Shown here: positions 57,889 through 64,000 of the stretch, piece after piece
How the letters are laid out: every line of letters begins with the position of its first letter
Numbering within the stretch: position 1 is the stretch's first letter
Assembly (NCBI GenBank): GCA_043747615.1
Contig: JAYTOU010000060.1
Span: 32,001 to 96,000, forward strand
From: Myxococcales bacterium
GTDB taxonomy: Bacteria; Myxococcota_A; Polyangia; Polyangiales; Polyangiaceae
Direction of reading: 5' to 3'
Length of the DNA: 64,000 nucleotides
Translations under genes and position numbers: made by a program
The notes under the pieces: generated by a model
What the model saw: the letters and a program-made list of their open reading frames with translations, nothing else
Database searches by the model: none
Told to the model about the DNA's origin: nothing

Positions 57889-59949
57889 CTACCGGCAGGT
57901 CGCCGGGGTGTAGATCGCACGCCGGCACTGCGATGAGCAGCAGTCGGGCGTGGCTCCGCACGCGGTGGGCGGCCCCATGTTGCCCCTCCGCGCCAACGTG
58001 CACGAGGATGAGCCTTGGCGGCTGTGCCCCTGCCCGCCAGCTCTGTAATAGGATTCGGTGCGCTCGTGCCCGAAGCGCTCGCGGTTGCAGGTGTCGAAGG
58101 CCGGGCCGCTGGTGGAGGCCGCTTTGCACGTCGTCGCGGAGGCCACGCAGTCGAGCGTCCCCCCCGTCCATGTGTTGCCGGCCGAGCACGTCTGCACGTC
58201 TGCGGTACCGGCGGTCGTCCCCGTTGGATCGGAGCAGCGCGTGTCGACCGTGCCCCGCTCGTTTCCGCCGGCGACGTTCGACCCGACGCATTCGATGCAC
58301 GCGTTACCGGCAGGCGCGATGGCGCCCGCACCATTCCGTCGGCAGACGGCAGTCCCCGTGCACAGCGTCGTGCCGGAGGTCGGAAGCGTTCCTTGCGCGG
58401 TGCATGTTCCGAACGTGTCGGTTCCGCTGAACGGAGTGCCCGTGACGTCCTTGCCTGCGCCCACGCACACCACGGCGTTCGGCACGCACTGCGCGACGCA
58501 CACAGCGCCGGACCCAACGACACCCGTCGTGCACACGCCGACCGTGCAGACGGTGGGAAGCGCCGCCCATTGACCCATGGCACTGCACGTCTCGATCGCG
58601 TCCGTGCTTGGCCCGCCGTCTGCCGAGGCGCATCGCGTAGAGTTAGGAGCGCAGACACCGCCGCAGAGTTTTGCGGGGCGCTGCGTAGACGTCAGGTAGT
58701 CGAAGCAGGTGTCCGCGGCAGCGCCGCCATCGGCGCTAGGGCACGCGACCGGAGTCGCCCATCGACCGTTCGAGCACGTCTGGTACGACGTTGCCCCGCT
58801 CGCCGTGCAGCGCTCGTCGCCCGCCTGGCATTCGGCTACGCACGCGCCGGGCGCGAGACCACCGACGGGAAGGCCGACCGCGGTGCAGCTTCCCGAAGCG
58901 CATGCAGTCCCCGTTGCAGCGAGCTTTCCGTCGGAGCCGCAGCGGCGAAGCCCCGTCGCGTCGCACGTGCCGATCGCGCCCGTAGCGCAGAACGGGTCAC
59001 CACAGAGAACGGCAGAGGAGTTCGTCGGATTCCGCTGGCAGATGACCGCCGCCGCCGCCGGGTTCGCGTTGCACGCGGTCGTCGCGCCCCACTTGCCGTC
59101 CGGACCGCAAATCTGCGTCGAGAGCGCGTCTGGGCTACAGCGGCTTTGCCCAGGCGTGCAGTCACTGGCGCATGCGGCTTGGGTGGTGCCGCGTCCGCAC
59201 GCTCGGGCTGACGGGTTGCAAGTCAGACCCGCTGCGCAACCAACGGCGGCCCACTTGTACCCCGTCGGGGTCGAGACGCACGTGCTCGTGAACTTCGTCT
59301 GATCGGCGGTCGCGTCGGCCTTGTTTCCACATACGAAGTCGCACCCAAGCGCGTCGGGCGTGCACTCCGCAGGCTTGCATGCCGAAACCGGGTACGGCGA
59401 CGTGGACACGTCGACGCAGCGCTCGTTTGCTGCACAGCTGCTGGGGGTGAATGTATTTCCGTTCACGCAGGTGGCAAGGGTGCCGTCGGCCATACAGGCG
59501 GAGCTGCCGACGATGCACGACCCGGCGCACAGTCCGTCGCCTTGGCAGGTGGTGCCCGTGGGGCAGGTTACCGCCGCGAAGCCCATGAGATTGTCGCGGC
59601 AGCGCAGGCCGGTCGTCGCCGTGAGGCATGCGCCGCTGCCTGGCGCGCAGGTCGCGTTGGGGTCGGCAACGCAGCCGCCTTGGTCGCACTTTTCGCCGAC
59701 TTTGCATTCCTGGGAGAGCCACCCCGACCCGTCGGCGGGACACACGCGCGCGAGCGACGGGTTGACACATTCTTTCGCGCCCGGCGCGCAGCTTACGACC
59801 GCGCCATCCGGCAACACGACGGTGCCGCCGCCTCCGGAATCATTGGGGTAATTGTTCGTCGTGGTTCCCGTGCAGGCGTTCACGAGAATGCCAGCCAAAG
59901 CGCTCACCACGGTGAGAACTGCCCAATGTTTCGGATTTGCGCGCGCCAT
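57889..59949 (-). CDS. Giant Cys-rich repeat lipoprotein, paralog B
   Basis: VNAC lipobox; collinear with paralog A (LARVCPADGSGWL, ATADQTKFTSTCV, CGATPDCCSSQC). Confidence 0.88.
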   Translation of the reverse strand: MARANPKHWAVLTVVSALAGILVNACTGTTTNNYPNDSGGGGTVVLPDGAVVSCAPGAKECVNPSLARVCPADGSGWLSQECKVGEKCDQGGCVADPNATCAPGSGACLTATTGLRCRDNLMGFAAVTCPTGTTCQGDGLCAGSCIVGSSACMADGTLATCVNGNTFTPSSCAANERCVDVSTSPYPVSACKPAECTPDALGCDFVCGNKADATADQTKFTSTCVSTPTGYKWAAVGCAAGLTCNPSARACGRGTTQAACASDCTPGQSRCSPDALSTQICGPDGKWGATTACNANPAAAAVICQRNPTNSSAVLCGDPFCATGAIGTCDATGLRRCGSDGKLAATGTACASGSCTAVGLPVGGLAPGACVAECQAGDERCTASGATSYQTCSNGRWATPVACPSADGGAAADTCFDYLTSTQRPAKLCGGVCAPNSTRCASADGGPSTDAIETCSAMGQWAALPTVCTVGVCTTGVVGSGAVCVAQCVPNAVVCVGAGKDVTGTPFSGTDTFGTCTAQGTLPTSGTTLCTGTAVCRRNGAGAIAPAGNACIECVGSNVAGGNERGTVDTRCSDPTGTTAGTADVQTCSAGNTWTGGTLDCVASATTCKAASTSGPAFDTCNRERFGHERTESYYRAGGQGHSRQGSSSCTLARRGNMGPPTACGATPDCCSSQCRRAIYTPATCR

Positions 59950-60239
59950 GCCTTATCTCCGTCGGTTGTTACAGACTTATTACAAAAATGAGTCAACGCG
60001 AACATACGTTGAGCGGTCAAAAAGGGAAACCTTTGTTTTTCCGGCTGTTTCCGGCTCAGGCGGAAGTGCGTGGTGGACCGGTTACGGGCGGCGGAGCGGC
60101 GATGCTCCGACCCTCCTCGCATCCCTGCTGCGGTGGGAGGCCGAGCTCGGTGACGTCCGCGGTGCCTAGCAACGCACGATCGAAGGCCGTCACCTCGCCG
60201 TTATCGCCGACCCCAACCATCTGCGGTAATCACGTGGTC

Positions 60240-60866
60240 ATGCGTAGCTTCGGGATCGCGTTGTTCTTCGGTCTGCTTGCGTGCGGAGGCGCGAGCGCGC
60301 CGATGGGCAACGAGACACTCGATCAACTGGAAGCCAAATCGAGAGCCAAGTGGAACGGATGCCGCGAGCGCGTGGCCGCCAACTGCAAGTGGCTCACCGC
60401 CTTCTGGGAGGCTGACTACGCCGACGCGAAAGCGGCGTGCGAATCGGGCCGCGGCAGGCGGTGTGTCCAAGCCGCGGAGACCTACGCGGAATCGGGCATA
60501 CCCAACGGGTACGACTCGTTCCCGCGATACCTCGAGCGCATCCCTCGTGACACGCAGGCCGCACTCAGGCTTTACGAAAAGGGCTGCGTGCTCCGCGAGG
60601 CGCACGCCTGCGACCAGCTCGCCCGGATGCTCTTCGAAGGCTTCGACGTCGCCCCCGATTTTCCGCGCGCCAAGGCCCTCATCCTAAAGAGCTGCGAGAT
60701 CGACGGAGACTCGGACTGCAAGATGCCGCTGCCCTTCGCCACGTACGAATCCGAAACGCTGGAGGAGCGCGAAAGGCGCGTAGCAAGAAACCGAGCACGA
60801 ATGGCCGACGTCGCCGCAGGAGGTCGAAAGCTGGCGGCGGAGATCGCGGCGAAGGCATCGAAGTGA
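60240..60866 (+). CDS. Sel1-like (Hcp-type Cys) repeat lipoprotein
   Basis: LLAC lipobox; ALRLYEKGC...ACDQLA, AKALILKSC. Confidence 0.78.
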   Translation: MRSFGIALFFGLLACGGASAPMGNETLDQLEAKSRAKWNGCRERVAANCKWLTAFWEADYADAKAACESGRGRRCVQAAETYAESGIPNGYDSFPRYLERIPRDTQAALRLYEKGCVLREAHACDQLARMLFEGFDVAPDFPRAKALILKSCEIDGDSDCKMPLPFATYESETLEERERRVARNRARMADVAAGGRKLAAEIAAKASK

Positions 60867-60873
60867 GCGCGAC

Positions 60874-61452
60874 TCACAAAACGTCGGCGAGGAGCGCGGC
60901 TCCAATCAGAGCGAAGACGACCGCGGCGATCCGCTTCGTGACGTTTGGATCGAGGAGCTTCCCAGCGCGGTGCCCGACGACGATGGCGAGCGCCGCGACA
61001 GCCCACAGGGCAAGCGTTGCCCCGCTAAAGACGATGAACGGCGATTGGTATCGCGAGGCCAGCGCTGCCGTCGCGAGCTGCGTGAGGTCGCCCCACTCCG
61101 CGATGAAGACCACGACGAAGACCACTCGGGTCGATCGCCAAAAGCCCGCGGCCCCATCGCCGTCTTTCACCTCTCCGTCCGCATCGTCGCTGCGACGCCA
61201 CATGAGCAACGCGGAAATGAGGAACAGGCCACCGGCAAAGACGTGCACCGGCCGCTGCGGGAGCAGCGATACGACCTGGCCCGCAGCAACCGCGACCAGG
61301 CTTTGAATCGTGAGCGCTGCGGCGGCGCCGATGAACACGGGAAGTGGCCGGTGACGCGTGGCCAGCACGAGAGCCGCGAGAGCCGTTTTGTCTGGCAGCT
61401 CCGCGACGAAGATCACGCCGAAAATCGAAAAGAAAAGCTTCCAACCGTGCAT
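60874..61452 (-). CDS. TMEM165/GDT1 (UPF0016) Mn2+/Ca2+ transporter
   Basis: Two repeats AELPDKT and AEWGDLTQ; about 6 TM helices. Confidence 0.9.
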   Translation of the reverse strand: MHGWKLFFSIFGVIFVAELPDKTALAALVLATRHRPLPVFIGAAAALTIQSLVAVAAGQVVSLLPQRPVHVFAGGLFLISALLMWRRSDDADGEVKDGDGAAGFWRSTRVVFVVVFIAEWGDLTQLATAALASRYQSPFIVFSGATLALWAVAALAIVVGHRAGKLLDPNVTKRIAAVVFALIGAALLADVL

Positions 61453-61608
61453 GGCGTCTCTCTGTTCAGGGCGAACCTCAACCAAACGGCTCGACGTCGC
61501 AGACCTCGATGGAGCGGTTTACCGGTCCTCAACCACGGATTCAACCGCGCGTAGCGCCGCGGCGCGTGAACGACGGAGTAGATGTGCTAACCAACTCGAG
61601 GAGCGTTT

Positions 61609-62688
61609 ATGAGACGAATCGTCGTTGGCCTTGGATTCATGATTGCCGGCTGCAGCGCCGTACCGGGTGCGACGTCCGAAATGGACGCGGGGCGCGACTT
61701 CATGAGGCAGCCCGCGCTCGTGACAGACGCAGCGGTGACGACGACCGGGCCCCTGTCGTTATCCGATACCGGTCTCTACTCGGATTTCGCGTCGCGCACC
61801 CTCGCGCCCCGCATCATCCCCTTCGCGCCGAAGTACCCATTCTGGGCCGACGGCGCCGAGAAGAACCGCTTTCTCCTTTTACCCGCGGGCTCGCAAATCA
61901 ACACGAGCAACATGGACTTCTGGTCGTTCCCGATTGGAACGAAAGTCTGGAAGGAGTTCCGCGTCGGCGGAAAACTGATTGAAACGCGCCTGCTCTGGAA
62001 GCAGCTAGACTCCGGACCGTCGGGTTGGTGGATGGTCTCCTACGTCTGGGCACCCGACGGCAGCGCGGCGACAGCCACTCCCGGAGGCGTATCCAACGCG
62101 CTCGGAACGACGCACGACGTCCCCTCGCAACAAGATTGCCTGAAGTGCCACGGCAACGCGGGCGACGTGGTCATCGGCGTGAGCGCGATTCAGCTCTCGG
62201 CAACGGTTGCCGCGACGGGTGTCGATGCAGGAGCGGACGCGGGCGGCGCAGATGGCGGCGTCGCGACCGGAACGCTGACGAAGCTTGGCGCGATGGGCCT
62301 CCTCACGGTAGCGCCCGCTTCGGAGTTTCAGGTGCCCGGTTCGGGAAACGTCCAGGCGGCGCTCGGCTACCTTCATGGAAACTGTGGGCACTGTCACAAC
62401 GATGAGAGCGCGCTCTCGCTGCAAAGTGCATTGCGTCTGCGGCTGAGCACAACGAACACGACCCCCGAGCAGACGCCGACGTACAAGACGGCGTTCGGCT
62501 TGAAAACACGGCATGTCGTGCCACCGAACGTCGACACGGCGATCGTTCCCGGCTTCCCCGACAAGAGTCAGCTCTACGTTCGGGCCGACCGCCGCGACAG
62601 CTGGGGAATGCCACCGCTCGGCACCAAAGTGGTGGACCCGGTCGGCAGCGTGCAGATCTACGACTGGATTCTCAACCTTCCGCACTGA
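61609..62688 (+). CDS. Diheme c-type cytochrome lipoprotein (SO2930-like)
   Basis: IAGC lipobox; CLKCH and CGHCH; WADGAEK.R, FPIGT, ETRLL, MPPLG. Confidence 0.85.
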   Translation: MRRIVVGLGFMIAGCSAVPGATSEMDAGRDFMRQPALVTDAAVTTTGPLSLSDTGLYSDFASRTLAPRIIPFAPKYPFWADGAEKNRFLLLPAGSQINTSNMDFWSFPIGTKVWKEFRVGGKLIETRLLWKQLDSGPSGWWMVSYVWAPDGSAATATPGGVSNALGTTHDVPSQQDCLKCHGNAGDVVIGVSAIQLSATVAATGVDAGADAGGADGGVATGTLTKLGAMGLLTVAPASEFQVPGSGNVQAALGYLHGNCGHCHNDESALSLQSALRLRLSTTNTTPEQTPTYKTAFGLKTRHVVPPNVDTAIVPGFPDKSQLYVRADRRDSWGMPPLGTKVVDPVGSVQIYDWILNLPH

Positions 62689-62784
62689 GGCCAGGCCTAA
62701 CGTCACAGACGGCCTAACGTCGGCGGGCGCGATCACGAATGCCGCGTTGGCAATCGCATCGCGCCCGTTCCAGACACGGACTTT

Positions 62785-63054
62785 TCAAGCGCGCGAGAGA
62801 CGCGAGCTGCCGCCCATGAACGCGTGCTTCAGGCCGAGAACTACGACCGCGCCGATTGTCGCGACGATCAAGCTCCAGATGTTGAAGCCGTCGACACCCG
62901 TCGCGCCAACGAGATTGAAGAGGAACCCGCCGACGACTGCGCCGACGATGCCGAGCACGATGTCGATGAGGCTCCCCTCACCGCTGCCATTCACGATCTT
63001 GCTCGAAATGAACCCTGCGACGAGACCGAGAACTATCCAGGCAATGATTGACAT
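62785..63054 (-). CDS. GlsB/YeaQ/YmgE stress-response membrane protein
   Basis: IIAWIVLGLVAG...DIVLGIVGAVVGG...SLIVATIGAVV. Confidence 0.92.
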   Translation of the reverse strand: MSIIAWIVLGLVAGFISSKIVNGSGEGSLIDIVLGIVGAVVGGFLFNLVGATGVDGFNIWSLIVATIGAVVVLGLKHAFMGGSSRLSRA

Positions 63055-63496
63055 GGCTTCGTACCTTTCGTTGATTGGGTGCGTCGTGTGCTCCTTGTCG
63101 GAGCAAAGGGCGCGCCACCGCGTCGGCCGAGAGTCATATTGAAAATTCGCGACGGAACCGCGCGGTCAACTTACGCGTGAGACGTACGGCGTAGCGGATT
63201 GCCACCACTAGGGTCGTTCGCTCGCGCGCATGAACTCTTCCGTCAGTGAATCGTTCGTGCGCGTCAGCGAACCGTTCGCGCGAATGGCCCAGCTACGCGG
63301 CTCAAGAGTGGCTGCGAAATCGACACGTCGAGGCGCGCGTAGCAAGTTGCCCCGATGTGCGCGTGAGCCCCACACAAAACTCATTTGTCGGCCGCACTGT
63401 CGCGTATTTCGAATGGCATACCTCTGGCAAACGACCGACTTCGCTCGACGACAACCTCGATGAACGAGGCTCCCCAAACGAGCGGAGGGTTCACAA

Positions 63497-64000
63497 ATGA
63501 CCGAGGTCACCAAAAATCAATTCTCTGATGGAAAAGCAAAGACGTCGTCGAACATGGCGACTACCGAGACGTCGGCGACCTCGAAGGATTCCGCGGCGAG
63601 CCCGTCTACTGTTCTCGAGCAGGCGAAGACCGTAGCCTCCAACGTTGCCGGACAGGCCAAAGACCTGATCACGCACAGCGTTGGCGATCAGCAGGAGAAA
63701 TCTGCGGGCGATCTCGGCAATGTCGCAAAGGCCCTTCGCCAGACGAGCAAGCAGCTCGACGGAAACATGGCTTCGCCGTACGTCGGCCAGGTTGCGGATC
63801 AGGTCGATCGCGCGGCCGAGTTCCTTCGCACCGCGGACGTGAAGAAGATCGTCGGCGGGGTCGAGAGCTTCGCGCGACGCGAGCCCCTCCTCTTCCTCGG
63901 GGGCGCTTTTGCTCTCGGCATTCTCAGCGCGCGGTTTCTGAAGAGCTCGTCGCACCACGACAAGTCGATGTCGTCATCCTCGCCTTCGCAGGCGATGGCC
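63497..64000 (+). CDS. ElaB/YqjD/DUF883-like general-stress protein (runs off window, absent from ORF track)
   Basis: GGAGG RBS; MTEVTKNQF...VESFARREPLLFLGGAFALGILSARFLKSS; no stop before base 64000. Confidence 0.78.
   Translation, partial: MTEVTKNQFSDGKAKTSSNMATTETSATSKDSAASPSTVLEQAKTVASNVAGQAKDLITHSVGDQQEKSAGDLGNVAKALRQTSKQLDGNMASPYVGQVADQVDRAAEFLRTADVKKIVGGVESFARREPLLFLGGAFALGILSARFLKSSSHHDKSMSSSSPSQAMA

Noticed and set aside
60010..60090. c-di-GMP-I riboswitch (GAAA tetraloop hairpin)
   Set aside because: The conserved GCAAA junction and tetraloop receptor are not recognisable
61453..61608. yybP-ykoY Mn riboswitch upstream of the TMEM165 gene
   Set aside because: No GGGGAGUAG-like core on the minus strand by eye; an Infernal scan would be decisive

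Overview
High-GC bacterial chromosomal segment. Its gene content points to Myxococcota, probably Polyangiales (Sorangium/Labilithrix-like); this is inferred from the FHA-sigma54 activator, Ser/Thr kinase, TPR-PEGA proteins and many Cys-rich lipoproteins. Housekeeping genes: pstC(partial)-pstA-pstB-phoU, an ICL2-type isocitrate lyase, fabH, an aldo/keto reductase, aroC, alaA, a moaB/mogA homologue and a TMEM165/GDT1 transporter. Accessory loci of interest: (i) a kinase/FHA-EBP/TPR-PEGA/Cys-rich lipoprotein cassette that looks like a trans-envelope signalling relay; (ii) a FeeM-like N-acyltransferase plus heme-oxygenase-like diiron enzyme divergent from a UbiA prenyltransferase; (iii) a coiled-coil/XPB/Bax1(DUF790)/5'-3' nuclease operon; (iv) a Pls/PosA-type membrane NRPS among outer-membrane barrel genes, next to a split, divergent CzcCBA-like pump; (v) tandem-duplicated giant Cys-rich lipoproteins with divergent tips. 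Many genes show a leaderless signature (TANNNT 6-8 nt before the start codon). No rRNA, tRNA, CRISPR array or transposase was seen. All calls come from motif recognition by eye; no database search was run.
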